Source: Pristiophorus japonicus (lineage: Eukaryota). From it: DNA of 64,000 nucleotides. Under the pieces are notes generated by a model. It did no database searches. It saw only the letters and a list, made by a program, of their open reading frames with translations, and had not been told where the DNA came from. This document shows, piece by piece, positions 23,295-37,389 of this stretch (position 1 is the first letter of the stretch; each line of letters opens with the position of its first letter). The stretch spans positions 32,116,001 through 32,180,000 of the forward strand of contig NC_091999.1 in the NCBI RefSeq assembly GCF_044704955.1. Direction: 5' to 3'. Both the position numbers and the translations under genes were made by a program.

Positions 23295-24704
23295 AGTTGA
23301 ATGTTCAGCCATGAACTCATTGAATGGCGGTGCAGGCTAGAAGGGCCGAATGGCCGACTCCTGCACCTATTTTCTATGTTTCTATGTGTCTATGTTTCTA
23401 TGTAATGTGATTCTATTTACGGTGCACTTGGCTAAAGCTACACACTTTTGGTCTGGAGATGAGATCATACTTCTCACATTATACAATTTATTCTCATTGC
23501 ATTTCACTAACTGCCCATTAGTCTGCGAACCCCAGACAGTCCTTTATAAAATTAGCTGTAAAATTAATCCGCTTGCCTGATCACTAAGCACAGCTGTTGA
23601 AGGAGACACATAAGAAAGGTGTGCCCGCTTCTGACCAGTGTTTTATGAGAGAAACTTGTGAATCAGAACCGATAATGTGATCAGCAAATCTCGACATCCA
23701 AACCCTTGCAGCTAACTTTAACAGCGACCGAATGTGTAACAGACACGGGTAACAGGAACACGGTGTATCAGGTCATAGCGGTATGTTACAGAATATCACA
23801 GGAACAAATGCTTCATCTCCAGCAGAAACAGATCACAATCTGGGCATTTCACAACCCAATGGTAGCCGGGCTATGAGAGGGGTTATTCAGTGATCCAAAT
23901 CAGCTCAAATTACACCGCACACTGCGCGGCTACTAATCGGGAATAATGGAGACATTAGTGTAGACCAGGCGCAGAATTCTGTGAGAATATTAAAGAAGTG
24001 CAGCTGGCACTTCTCTGTGAGAATATTCAAAGCAATTAAATCTGTTTTAGTTACTTTGCGAATCTCACTCATCTCTCTACAGTGTAGGGTGGGGCCATTA
24101 AACCTCACTCCAGTACTTCATGCTGTACTGATTAACGGGACTGGATGTCTAGAATGGTCTTTATTTGGAAATAGTTTACAGTCGATACCGTGTGGATCAA
24201 TTCATTATTTTCCAATCCTATTTTATAAAATGGTGAGCATGAAATTTACGGACAATCATTCTCGAGATGTTATACCATGTAAAATGTTTCTTGTTTTAAA
24301 AGTGCTAATGAATAATTTAATGTTCAAACAGTTAAATACGATCTTTCTCCCATTCTTGTTCACGCTAATCTGAACCACACAACTTTTGGCAGTAACCCAA
24401 CCGACTGCCGTCAGCGAGCATCGAACACCAGTGTCATTTACATGAAGCATGTGGGGTTCTGTGCAGTCCATCAAAGGTCTGTTTTCTCACTACTGACCGC
24501 ATACCTGGAAGCCAACTTTAAAACCTTTACATTATCAAAATACACATTTTTATACACATCTGCCCAGTAACAGTACTGGAGTTAAGTTTAATTTTTTTCG
24601 ACATGTAAATGTGTGTAACTGTTCCCATATCCCAGGAAAGGAAATATATCCAATGTCTCAGATACAATGTCAGTAGTGGCAGTCAGCTGGAGTATCAGTA
24701 CCGC

Positions 24705-24939
24705 NNNNNNNNNNNNNNNNNNNNNNNNNNNNNNNNNNNNNNNNNNNNNNNNNNNNNNNNNNNNNNNNNNNNNNNNNNNNNNNNNNNNNNNNNNNNNNNN
24801 NNNNNNNNNNNNNNNNNNNNNNNNNNNNNNNNNNNNNNNNNNNNNNNNNNNNNNNNNNNNNNNNNNNNNNNNNNNNNNNNNNNNNNNNNNNNNNNNNNNN
24901 NNNNNNNNNNNNNNNNNNNNNNNNNNNNNNNNNNNNNNN
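24705..24939. other. Assembly gap (235 N)
   Basis: Run of N. Confidence 1.
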
Positions 24940-25550
24940 GATCAGTGCTGGGTCTACGACTGTTCACATTTTATATTAATGATTTAGATTTTGGAGTCGA
25001 AAACACAATTTCTAAATTTTCAAATGCACGAGTGGGGGGCGGGTCGGGGTTTAAATACTGTGGAACACTGCTACGAATTGCAAGAATGCATGAATTGACT
25101 AATTTATTTCAACACAGATAATTATGAGGTATTATGTTTTGGTAAGAAAAATAAGGTCACTTATCACTTATAAAATAAGAATCCTAGTGAGATGGAGGAA
25201 ACAAAGTCTCTGAGAGTGCAAATACACACACCATTAAAAGTAGCAACGCAATTAATAATACCATAAAAAGAAGGAAACATGCACGCGGGTTTATTTCTAG
25301 AGGGTTAGAATTGAAAAGTGCAAAAGTTATGCTAAACTTGGTGATACCACATTTGAAGTACTTTGTACAATTGTGCCAAACCCACGCCCTTTCTCCGAAG
25401 CCCTGCATATGTTTCCATTTAGATATGTGGATAGTGCAGGGAAGTGCAGTTGAGGTAGAAGTTCAGCTATGATCCCGTTGAATGATGGGACATGCTCGAG
25501 GAACCGTATGGCCTACTCCTGCTCCCAATTCTTATGTTCTTATGTTCTGA
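24940..25550 (+). mobile_element. Degenerate CR1 3' fragment
   Basis: SVLG..LFT.YINDLD relic; ends in a cttatgttcttatgttc tail. Confidence 0.7.
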
Positions 25551-25639
25551 TTTTCTAGAAAATATGGTCCTTAGATACACAATCTCTCCTCATAGGACAG
25601 CCGCCGCCCCACCCCCCCGACCCCTGCTCCGCCATCCCA

Positions 25640-26095
25640 GAAATCAGGCTTATGCACCTTTGATGCACTCCCTCTAAGGCAAGTATATCCTTCCTTAGTT
25701 TAGGAGAAATAAACTGCACACAATACACCAGGTGTAGTCTCAGCAGGGCCCTATAGAAGTGCATAAAGGCTTCTTTGCTCTAATACTCCAATCCTTTTGC
25801 AATAAAATGTTGCTTACCATTTGCTTTCCCAATTGGTCACTTTGGCTCTATGTTAGCTTTCTGTGATTCGTGTACAAGGCCATCCAGGTCTTTCTGAGTA
25901 GCAACATTACCCACTTTCACAGCATCCAAAAAATATTCTGCGTTTCTATTTGTCCTATCAAAATGCGTAACTTCACACTTCTCCACATTATACTCAATCT
26001 GTCATGTCCTTGCCCACTCACCTACCTTGTCAATATGCCTTTGCGGCCTCCTTACTTGCTCCTCACTGTTTACTGTCCTACCTAACTTTGTTTTG
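25640..26095 (-). mobile_element. Degenerate CR1 RT fragment
   Basis: Minus-strand YRALLRLHLVYCVQF.SPKLRKDILALEGV. Confidence 0.75.
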
Positions 26096-27324
26096 TAAAG
26101 TACACTAATTTAAGTCATCTTTCTATACACGTGTAGAAGTACAAACAATCTGTTTTTAGGTTTTTGATAGCTTATTTAATTTTATATTTTCTCCCATATT
26201 ATCAGTTGCATGTGCATCTTTTGCAGAATTCTAATATCTTCCCAATTTTCGGGCTTACTACTGGTTTTGTCAACATTCTACGCAAGTTCAATTAATTGAA
26301 TACAATCTTTAATTTCCTTTGTTAGCCACATTTGCACCATTTTTCCTGTCAGGTTTTTATTCATTATGGAAGTTTATCTTATCTGACGTCTCTGTATTAT
26401 GAGCTGAAGGTGAATTTGCAAAATCATTTTGCAAATTCTGCCCTTGATACTTTTTGATCATCTGCACCTCTTGTAGTTCGCTCTAAAAACAAATCATCTG
26501 CGTAAACGTTCAAGTACGTTATAGTGGTTGGAATTGTGAATCATGTTTAAATTAAGCTCTGGGGCCTACAGCTGATATCCTTTATCAGCAGGTGGCGTCA
26601 GTGATCATATTGAAAGATGAGTCATGTGGAGACGGATGTTGCTGAGCATTTCAGTCACCGTCTGCATTGTCAACACAAGTAATAGCATTTTAACAATATA
26701 ATTAATGCTCAGATTACTTCTCAGTTAGTCAAATTTGAAAGGAGCATGTATCCTTCGAAATAATCTGAAGGGCAAAGAAAGATAGCATTATTTCAATGCA
26801 CACTTTAGGAAGAATGTCGGGCTGTTTCCGAGGATGCAGAGGAGATTGCTGCAAGGCATGAGGGAGTTCAATTATTTAGACACGAGAGAGGATGGGATTA
26901 TTCTTATTATAGCAGGGAATGCTTAGGGCGGAATTAACAGAGGTTTTCAAAATTGTGAAGGGGTTTCATAGTGTTGATAGGAAGGTAGGGTTTCCATCGG
27001 CAGGTCTATCGCTAACCAGAGGACAAAGATTAAGATGATTGATAAAATAAATAAAAGATGGGAGATAAGAAGATTTTTTATGCAGCGAGTTGTAATAACC
27101 TGGAATGTATTGTCTGAAAGGGTGATGGCAGCAGATTCAATTATAACTTTCAAATCGGGAAATGATATATATTTGAAAAGGAAAGATGATCTGTGTAATA
27201 AAAAGAGAGACAGTGTCGAGGATAATATAAACAGAGACAGTGCCTGGCGTAATATAAACAGAGACTGGGCCGAGTGTAAAAAAACAGAGACAGCATTCAG
27301 TTTAATGTAAAAAGAGACAGGGTC

Positions 27325-28882
27325 AGTACTTAAGGAGGTGGCCTTGGAAATAGTGGATGCATTGACAGTCATTTTCCAACATTCCATTGAATCTGGTTCA
27401 GTTCCTATGGAGTGGAGGGTAGCCAATGTAACCCCACTTTTTAAAAAAGGAGGGAGAGAGAAAACAGGGAATTACAGACCGGTCAGCCTGACATCGGTAG
27501 TGGGTAAAATGATGGAATCAATTATTAAGGATGTCATAGCAGTGCATTTGGAAAGAGGTAATATGATAGGTCCAAGTCAGCATGGAGTTGCGAAAGGGAA
27601 ATCATGCTTGACAAATCTTCTGGAATTTTTTCAGGATGTTTCCAGTAGAGTGGACAAGGGAGAACCAGTTGATGTGGTATATTTGGACTTACAGAAGGCT
27701 TTCGACAAGGTCCCACACAAGAGATTAATGTGCAAAGTTAAAGCACATGGGATTGGGGGTAGTGTGCTGACATGGATTGAGAACTGGTTGTCAGACAGGA
27801 AGCAAAGAGTAGGAGTAAATGGGGACTTTTCAGAATGGCAGGCAGTGACTAGTGGGGTACCGCAAGGTTCTGTGCTGGGGCCCCAGCTGTTTACACTGTA
27901 CATTAATGATTTAGACGATGGGATTAAATGTAGTAAATTCAAATTTGCGGATGACACTAAGTTGGGTGGCAGTGTGAGCTGCAAGGAGGATTCTATGAGG
28001 CTGCAGAGCGACTTGGATAGGTTAGGTGAGTGGGCACATGCATAGCAGATGAAGAATAATGTGGATAAATGTGAGGTTATCCATTTTGGTGGTAAACACA
28101 GAGAGACAGACTATTATCTGAATGGTGACAGATTAGGAAAAGGGGAGGTGCAAACAGACCTGGGTGTCATGGTACATCAGTCATTGAAGGTTGGCATGCA
28201 GGTACAGCAGGCGGTTAAGAAAGCAAATGGCATGTTGGCCTTCATAGCGAGGGGATCTGAGTACAAGAGCAGGGACGTGTTGCTACAATTGTACAGGGCC
28301 TTGGTGAGGCCACACCTGGAGTATTGTGTACAGTTTTGGTCTCCTAACCTGAGGAAGGACATTCTTACTATTGAGGGAGTGCAGCGAAGGTTCACCAGAC
28401 TGATTCCCGGGATGGCGGGACTGACCTATCAAGAAAGATTGGATCAACTGGCCTTGTATTCACTGGAGTTCAGAAGAATGAGAGGGGACCTCAAAGAAAC
28501 GTTTAAAATTCTGACGGGGTTAGACAGGTTAGATGCAGGAAGAATGTTCCCAATGTTTGGGAAGTCCAGAACCAGGGGACACAGTCTAAGGATAAGGGGG
28601 AAGCCATTTAGGACCGAGATGAGGAGGAATTTCTTCACCCAGAGAGTGGTGAACCTGTGGAATTCTCTACCAGAGAAAGTTGTTGAGGCCAATTCACTAA
28701 ATATATTCAAAAAGGAGTGAGATGAAGTCCTTACTACTAGGGGAATCAAGGGGTATGGTGAGAAAGCAGGAATGGGGTACTGAAGTTGCATGTTCAGCCA
28801 TGAACTCATTGAATGGCGGTGCAGGCTAGAAGGGCCGAATGGCCTTCTCCTGCACCTATTTTCTATGTGTCTATGTTTCTAT
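27325..28882 (+). mobile_element. 5'-truncated young CR1 LINE inserted in the 27-bp minisatellite
   Basis: Very similar to 21836-23400. Premature TAG at 28043-28045. Tail ctatgtttctat. 8-bp target-site duplication ACAGGGTC at 27317-27324 and 28883-28890. Confidence 0.93.
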
Positions 28883-30330
28883 ACAGGGTCTAGTATAATA
28901 TACAGAGGGACAAATTCTACTGTAATTTAAATAGAGACATGGTCTATTGTAATATAAACAGGGATCGTGTCTAGATAATTATAAACAGATACAGTATCTA
29001 GTGTAATTGAAAACAGAGACAGGGTCTAGTGTAATATAAACTGGGGCAGGGTTTAGTACAATATTAACAGAGGCAGCGTCTAGTGTAATATAAGCAGAGA
29101 CAGGGTGTAGCGTAATATAATCAGGGACAGAGTCTTGGGTAATATAAACAGGGACAGGGTCTAGGGTAATATAAACAGGGACAGGGTCTAGTGTAATATA
29201 AACAGAGACAGGATCTTGTGTAATATAAACAGAGACTGGTTATAATGTAATATAAACAGGAACAGGGTCTAGTGCAATATTAGATAGAAGTACAGATAGA
29301 TGGATAGAAGTACGAATCGAATGACGGATGGACAGACGGACGGTCCGACCGACCAAACGACAGATAGACAGACGGATAGACAGTCAGAAAGACATGAAGA
29401 TTTGCAAGGTTGGAATGTTGCTATCAAATTATTCTAGACATTCTGCGTGGTTAAATTACCCTAGACCCTGTTTAATTATTACTGCTGTGGACCATCTCTC
29501 TATTCAGATTGCACAAGGCCCTGTCTCAGTTATTACTGCACTAGTCTCGGGATCTATTTTATTACTGTAGATCCTGTCTCAGTTACACTGCACTAGATCC
29601 TTTCCCTGTTCATATTATGCAAGGCTCTGTATCAGTTATCACAGTACCTGACCGTCCGTTATAATACATTAGATTCTGTCACAGTTACTACTGAACTAGA
29701 CGCTGCCTCTGTTTATATTACCATACACCCTATTTCTGTCAATATTTCACTAGTCCTTGTGCTGTTTATATTACACTGGACTCTGTCTCAGTTTACATTG
29801 CAATAGAAAATGTCAACGTTTATAATACAATAGATCATGTATTAGTTATTATTACAGCAAGATATCCTTTATTATGTTATGTTGAACCCTGACACAGTTT
29901 ATATTATTCTAGCCCCTGTCTCTTTATAATAGATAGGCCCTGCCTCTGTTTATATTATACTAGACCCTGTCTCTGTTTATATTACACTAGCCCCTGTCTC
30001 TATTTTTATTCACTAGACCCTGTCTCAGTTTATATTATACTAGAACCTGTATTTTTTTTATTAAACTCGACACTGCCTCTGTTTATATTAAACTAGACTC
30101 TGTATTTTTCATGTTACACTGGACCCTGTATCTGTTTATATTACACAAGACCCTGTCTCTTTTCATATTTCACGAGACCCTGTATCTGTTTATATTACAC
30201 TAGACGCTGCCTCTGTTCATATTACACTAGACGCTGTGTCTGCTTATTTTACACTAGACCCTGTCACTGTATATATTACACTATATGCTCTCTCTGTCTA
30301 TGTTACAATTGGACCTGTCTCGGTTATTAC
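28883..30330. repeat. 27-bp minisatellite in two opposed arrays around a GATA/GACA-like microsatellite
   Basis: 28883-29280 reads agagacagggtctagtgtaatataaac; 29450-30330 reads its reverse complement (actagaccctgtctctgtttatattac). The spacer at 29281-29390 is tagatag/gacgg/gacag-rich. Confidence 0.9.
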
Positions 30331-30579
30331 GACACTGCAGCTTGGGGTATAGATGTGTCTACATAGTTCAAATTGAACAATCCGAGTGGCTGAGGGTCAT
30401 AGGTCGCACTGATGTAGCTATGGCGACCAATTCACGTTGATGACGCTGCATTGTTGTGAACAATGATGTCACCCTTTGTTTACGTGTTGCTGACGTGAAC
30501 ATGTCAAACAAGCAAAAACGAAATGCAAGTTTCAGGAAGGTGCACTGATAATAACATTTTTCTGGGATAGTGATGTCAC

Positions 30580-30995
30580 ACTGTGCCATCAAACATTCCC
30601 AGGGCACGTACAGCGCGGGTCTATGCAGAGTAAAGCTCCCTCGATGTTGTCCCAGCAAACACTCCCAGCGCAGTTACAGCATGAGTCGAGAAACAGTAAA
30701 GCTCCCTCTACATCGTCCCATCAGACACTCCCAGTACAGGTACAGCACGGTTTAGATAGAGAGTAAAGGTTGTTCTGCACCGACCCATCAAACTCTCCCA
30801 GGGCAGGTACAGCACTGGTCTATGCAGAGTAAAGCTCCCTCCACATTGTCCCATCAAACACTCCCAGGGATGGTACAGCACAAGTTAGCTAAAGAGTAAA
30901 GCTCCCTCTACCCCATCTGATCAAACACACCCAGGGCAGGTACATCAATGGTTAGATGCAGAGTAAAGGTCTCGCTACAGAGTCCCATCAAACAC
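30580..30995. repeat. ~67-bp tandem repeat, ~6 units
   Basis: gtaaag recurs at 30630, 30696, 30763, 30829, 30896 and 30963. Confidence 0.9.
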
Positions 30996-31849
30996 CCCCA
31001 AATCATTGAGTTCACACAATATATTTTATTATAATGCTGCCTCTCCGCACACCCACCAATTTGGTTTGAGGCCTGGAAATAGACCTTAGGGAACATTTGT
31101 GATAGACATTGACTTCGTATTGTGAGATAAAGATAATGACGCATTCTTTAGAGGCAAGGCAGAAGGTGGGGATAGCAGAGAGAAGCAGAGAGGGAGGGGA
31201 AACAGGGAATTGCCACTAATGCATTTGAGCTGTCACTATATACGGTGACTAGAATCTTTCCCCATTCTGACCGTGGATATCATCGTTGATTTGTTCACCA
31301 ATAACTGAAAGAAATCTCCGAAACATCAATTGTTGCTGGAATCCGTTGAGACATTAGCATTTCTCTCTCTGTTTATTTCTATTCTGTATTGATGAGGAAA
31401 CATTTATTGTCTTTCTATCATTCACTATTCTAATCTGGGACTTCTATTTATGTGTTTATTTACATAAACACCTCACTGGTTTCCATGACGTGTTCATGGC
31501 AGCAAGACCAGATCCACAAAGTCATTAACTGATTAGTTTAACACACAGCACGGGTTTATTTTATGAATATTGACAGTTGGTATGACGAAATGGAAATATC
31601 TCCAGCAGTGACATCGGTTTTTGGTTTGTTCACTTAGAAGAGATGTGATTTATATCAAAGAGAAAATATTAAAATTAAAAATTCAATTCTGAATATTCTG
31701 CTCCCAAAGTCAGTGGAACTTCTCTGAACAGATCAGTAATTCACTGGATGTCCATTTAGCATAAGATTCCAGCCATGTAAACTAAACAAGTAAAAACTGA
31801 AACCAGAGGAGTAACCCATTGCAAAGTGTATTTAAATGTTGACATTTAG

Positions 31850-32290
31850 AAATAACTTTCACGACTTTCACGTCCTCGGACTGTCCAAAAGCACTTTACA
31901 ATGAAGTACATTTGAAGTGTAGTCACTTTTGTAATGTAGGAAACGTGGAGGTAAATTGCGCACAGGAAGCTCCCACAAACGTAATGTGATAATAACCACA
32001 GAATCTATATTTTAGTGATGCTGGTTAATGGATAAATATGTGTAATGGACATCGGGTTGAACTCCACTGTTATTTAAAATCGTGCCAATCAATCTCTTAC
32101 ATCCAACTGTGAGGGAAGAGTCAGCAGATGTAACGTCTCATCCGAAAGACTGCACTACCGAGAATATACCCCCTCCCCCACCCCGCCACCCCGGTACTAG
32201 TACCAGGAGTGTCAACCGAGATTATGTGCTCAGTCTTTGGAGAGGGGTTTGAACCCACAGCCTTCTCACTCAGAGGCTACTGTAATCCCA
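31850..32290 (-). mobile_element. Deu-domain SINE
   Basis: Antisense of the 8510-8938 element (taacgtctcatccgaaagac; tttgaacccacagccttctcactcag). Confidence 0.7.
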
Positions 32291-32674
32291 TTGTAGCGGG
32301 GCTTTAGCACACCACAGCTTTATTTGTTAGATGTTGTAATTTAGTTCCGAGTGTCCAAAGTTCAGTGCCTGAGACTAGTCCTGCACAGTCGGTTTATTTC
32401 CCGGGGATAATGCTCTTATCTTGCCTGGGATGATATTCCGGCACTTGTAAAATGTGATTTCCATATCAAATCTTAGCGACTTCGCATCTGGATGTCCGTG
32501 AGGTGCATCAGTCGAGCAGCTGGAAACTGGGACGGTGCTCCTTAGATCCGAGAATGTTAAGGGTGATTTAATAGGGGTGATCAAAATTATGAGGAGCTTT
32601 AATCGAGTAAATAGTTAGAAATATTTTCCACTGGTAGGACGTACATTAACCACAAGCCAGAGATTTAATATGTA

Positions 32675-35600
32675 TTACTGCACTAGATCCTGTCCCTGCT
32701 GAGATTACACTAGATCCTATCCCTGTTTACATTACTCGAGACCCTGTCTCTGTTTATATTAACTTGGACCCCATCTCTCTTTATATTACACTAGATATTG
32801 TCTCTGTTTATAGTACACCAGGCCCTGTTTCTGTTTATATTACACGAGACCCTTTCTCCCTTTATATTTCACGAGACTCTGTCTCAGTTTCTACTCCACT
32901 ACACCATGTCTCTGTTTATATTACACTAGACCCTGTCTCTGTTTATATTACGCTAGAACCTCTCGCTGTTTATGTTACACTAGACCCTGTCTCTGTTTAT
33001 ATTTCACCAGACCCTGTCTCTGTTTATATTACACTAGACCCTGTCTCTGTTTATATTACCCTAGAACCTGTCTCAGTTTATATTACACGACCCTGTCTCT
33101 GTTTGTATTACACTAGACCCTTTCGCTGGTTAAGTTACACTCGCCCATATATCTCTTTATATTACACTAGAACCTGTTTCTTTTTATGTTAGACAAGGGC
33201 CTGTCTCTGTTTATCTTGCACTCGGCCCAGTCTCTATTTAAATCACTCTAGACGCTGGCTCAGTTATAATTCATTGCAACTAATCTATGCTTATATTAGG
33301 CCTTACATCTCAGATGGAATATTATGGGCAATTTTGTGCACCACATTTCCATAACGATGTACAGACACTAAAAAGGGTACTGAAGAGGTTTAACTGGTTG
33401 TTACCAGCGATGAGGGACTTCAATTAGAGAGTTCAAAAGTTAGAGCTGTTCTCCTGTAAAAGAGAAGTTTAACTAGCGACCTAATAGATGTCTTCAACAT
33501 GATAACTAGTTTTCTAATGTAGAGGCAATATGATGGGGCATGTCTTCACCGAGAGGGTGGTGAAAAGCACTATATGAAATATTGGTAGAGGCAGGAATTC
33601 TCACCATATATAAAAGATTCTTGAATGTTCAGTTAATGTGTCATAACCTGCAGGCTACTGAACACGAGCTGGAAAGTGGGATTTGGCAAGATAGCTCTTG
33701 GTCGACTGGCACTATACAATGAGCTGAAATGGCCTCCTTCCATGCTGTCAATTTCTAAGATTCTATGATATATTATATCGGCTCCCACTAAGCAGAGGTC
33801 CTAGATTTAAAAGCATTGGCATAAGATCAGGAGCGGAGAAGAGCAGAATTGGTTTTCACTCAGGGTCAGCAGAGGCACGATGGACCGAATAGCTTCCTTT
33901 AAGCTGTAATTGTCTGTGACACTATGAAATCACAGCAGATTGTTTCTCAGCTTTTACTCCACTACACCATGTCTCTGTTTATATTATACTAGACCCTGTC
34001 TCTGTTTATATTACGCTAGACCCTGTCTCTCTTTATATTACGCTAGACCCTCTCGCTGTTTATGTTACACTAGACCCTGTCTCTGTTTATATTGCACCAG
34101 ACCCTGTCACTGTTTATATTACACCAGACCCTGTCTCTGTTTATATTACACTAGACCCTGTCTCAGTTCATATTACCCTAGAACCTGTCTCAGTTTATAT
34201 TACACGACCCTGTCTCTGTTTATATTACACTAGACCCTTTCGTTGGTTATGTTACACTCGCCCATATATCTATTTATTTCACACTAGAACCTGTCTCTTT
34301 TTATGTTACACTAGAGCCTGTCTCTCTATATCTTGCACTAGGCCCAGTCTCTATTTAAATCACTCTAGACGCTGTCTCAGTTATTAATTCATTGCAACTT
34401 ATCTCTACTTATATTAGGCCTTAGACCTCAGATGGAATATTATGGACAGTTTTGAGCACCACATTTCCATAACGATGTACAGACACTAAAAAGGGTACTG
34501 AAGAGGTTTAACCGGTTGTTACCAGCGATGAGGGACTTCAATTAGAGAGTTCAAAAGTTAGAACTGTTCTCCTTGTAACAGAGAAGTTTAACTAGCGACC
34601 TAATAGATGTCTTCAACATGATAACTAGTTTTCTAATGTAGAGGAGATATGAGGGGACATGTCTTCACCGAGAGGGTGGTGGAGTCTGAAACGCACTATA
34701 TGAAATATTGGTAGAGGCAGGAAATCTCACCATATATAAAAGATTCTTGAATGTTCAGTTAACGTGTCGTAACCTACAGGCTACTGAACACGGCAGGATA
34801 GCTCTTGGTTGGCTGGCGCTATATAATGAGCTGAAATGGCCTCCTTCCATGCTGTCAATTTCTAAGATTCTATGATATATTATATCGGCTCCCACTAAGC
34901 AGAGGTCCTAGATTTTATAGCATTGGCATAAGATCAGGAGCCGAGAAGTGCAGAATTGGTTTTCACTCAGGGTCAGCAGAGGCACGATGGACCGAATAGC
35001 TTCCTTTAAGCTATAATTGTCTGTGACACTATGAAATCACGGCAGATTGTTTCTCAGTTTTTACTCCACTACACCATGTCTCTGTTTATATTACACTAGA
35101 CCCTGTCGCTCTTTATATTACACTGGGCCCTGTCTCTGTTTATATTACCCTAGACCCTCTCGCTGTTTATGTTACACTAGACCCTGTCTCTGTTTATATT
35201 GCACCAGACCCTGTCTCTGTTTATATTACACCAAACCCTGTCTCTGTTTATATTACGCTAGATGCTCTCGCTGAAATAATGACACTAGACCCTGTCTCTG
35301 TTTATATTACACCAGACCCTGTCTCTGTTTATATTACACCAGACCCTGCCTCTGTTTATATTATAATTAGACCCCGTCTCTGTTTATATTACACCAGATC
35401 CTGTCTCTGTTTATATTACACGAGACCCTATCTCTGTTTATATTTCATTAGACCCTGTCTCTGTCTACATTACCCTCGACCCTGTCTCTGTTTACTTTAC
35501 ACTAGACCCTGTCTCTGCTCATGCTACACTGGATCCTGTCTGTGTATATAATATACCAGAGCCTAACTCTGTTTATATACCATGCCTCTGTATACATTAC

Positions 35601-35935
35601 ATGAGACCCTACCTCTGTTTCTTTTACACCAGGCCCTGTCTCTGTTTATATTACCCTAGTCCATGTCTCTTTATATATTACAGTAGAGCCTGTCTCTGTT
35701 TACATTATACTAGACCCTGTATCTGTCATATTAGACTGGACCATGTCTCTTTATATATTACACGAGACCCTGTCTCTGTTTATTTTACACCAGATCCTGT
35801 CTGTGTTTATATTGCACTGGATCCTGTCTCGATTTATATTGCACTGGATCCTGTTTCTTTTTATATTACACTAGACATTGTCACTGTTTAAATTACCCTC
35901 GACCCTATCTCTGTTTATAATACACGAGATCCTGT
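32675..35935. repeat. 27-bp minisatellite arrays containing a ~1.1-kb tandem duplication (array plus CR1 3' fragment)
   Basis: Junction tctcagtt..tactccactacaccatgtc recurs at ~32882, ~33945 and ~35052. CR1 relics at 33290-33770 and 34410-34875 are near-identical. Confidence 0.88.
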
Positions 35936-35939
35936 GCGA

Positions 35940-37345
35940 TTTTAAAAAGGAGACTGCAAAAAGCAGGAAACTATAGGCAAGTTAGCCTAACATCTGTCGT
36001 TGGGAAAATACAGGACTCCATTATTAAGGAAGCAGTAGCGAGATATTTGGAAATGCATAATTCAATTAAGCAAAGTCAGCATGGTTTTATGAAAAGGAAT
36101 TCATGTTTGACATATTTGCTTGTGTTCATTGAGGATGTAACGATTAGGGTAGATAAGGGAGAACCAGTGGATGTGTTATATTTGGATTTCCAGAAAGCAA
36201 TCGATTAGGTGCCACATAAAAGGTTCCTGCACAAGATAAAAGTTCAAGGGGTTGGGGCGAAAGTCTTAGCATAGATAGAGCTTTGGATAACTAACAGAAA
36301 ACAGAGAGTCGGGATAAATGGGTCATTTTCCGGTAGGGAAACATTGACTAGTGTGGTGCCGCAGGGATCGGTGCTGTGTCCTCAAATTTTACAATCTATT
36401 TTAATGTCTTGGATGAAGGGACAGAGTGTAATGTAGCCAAGTTTGCTGATGTTAAAAAGATGGGTGGGAAAACAAATTGTGAGGAGGACACAAAATATCT
36501 GCAAAGGGATATATACAGGCTAAGTGAGTGGGCAAAAGTTTGGCAGATGGAGTATAATGTGGGAAAATGTGAGGTTATCCACTTTTGCTGGAAAAATTAG
36601 AAAAGCAAATTTTAATTTAAATGGAGAAAAATTGCTAAGTGCTGCAGGACAGAGAGACCTGTGTGTCCTTGTGCTTGAAACACAAAACGTTAGTATGCAG
36701 GTACTGCAAGTAATCAGGAAGGCAAATGGAATTCTGGCCTTTATTGCAAGGGGCATAAAGTATGTAAGCAAAGGAGGCCTGCTGCAACTGTACAGGGTAT
36801 AGGTGAGGCCACACCTGATGCACAGCGTACAGTTTTCGTCTCTGTATTGAAGGAAGGATATACGTGCATTGGAGGCTGTTCAGAGAAGATTCACTAAGTT
36901 GATTCCGGATATGATGCGGATGACTTATGAAGATAGGTTGAGTAGGTTGGGCATATACACATTGGATTTAAGTACAATGGGAAGGGATCTTATCGAAACG
37001 CATAAGGTAATGTGGGCCTCGACAGGGTGGATGCAGAGAGGATATTTGCACTCATCGGGGAAAATAAAATTTGGGACATAGTTTTAGAATAAGGGACTGC
37101 CGATTTAAAGCTGATATGAGGAGGAATTTCTTCTCTCAGAGGATTGCAAATCTGTGTAATTCGCTGTCCCAGAGATCTGTGGAGGCAGGATCATTGATTA
37201 TATTTAAGGCGGAGATCAGCAGATTTTTGAGCGATAAGGGAATGAACGGTTATGGGGAGCGTGCAGGGAAGTGCAGCTCTGTCCATGATCAGGTCAGCCT
37301 ACACCTGCTCCTATTTCTTATGTTCTTATGTTCTTACGATTCTAT
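35940..37345 (+). mobile_element. Older CR1 LINE 3' portion (RT), degenerate
   Basis: [14 protein letters not shown]...KFAD...RRNFFSQR relics with stops; (ttcttatg)n tail. Confidence 0.85.
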
Positions 37346-37389
37346 GACAATGTTTACACTTGCAGGAGGGCTATTATCCGGAGGACACA

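Larger units (their letters stand above)
18974..23402 (+). mobile_element. Full-length CR1-clade LINE (probably inactivated)
   Basis: 5' UTR with 62-bp monomers, ORF1, ORF2 (APE+RT) and a (TTTCTATG)n tail. Flanked by TCTATGTAA at 18965-18973 and 23397-23405. Confidence 0.95.

Noticed and set aside
24609-25121. ORFs spanning N runs (also 53573-54021)
   Set aside because: Artefacts of assembly gaps.
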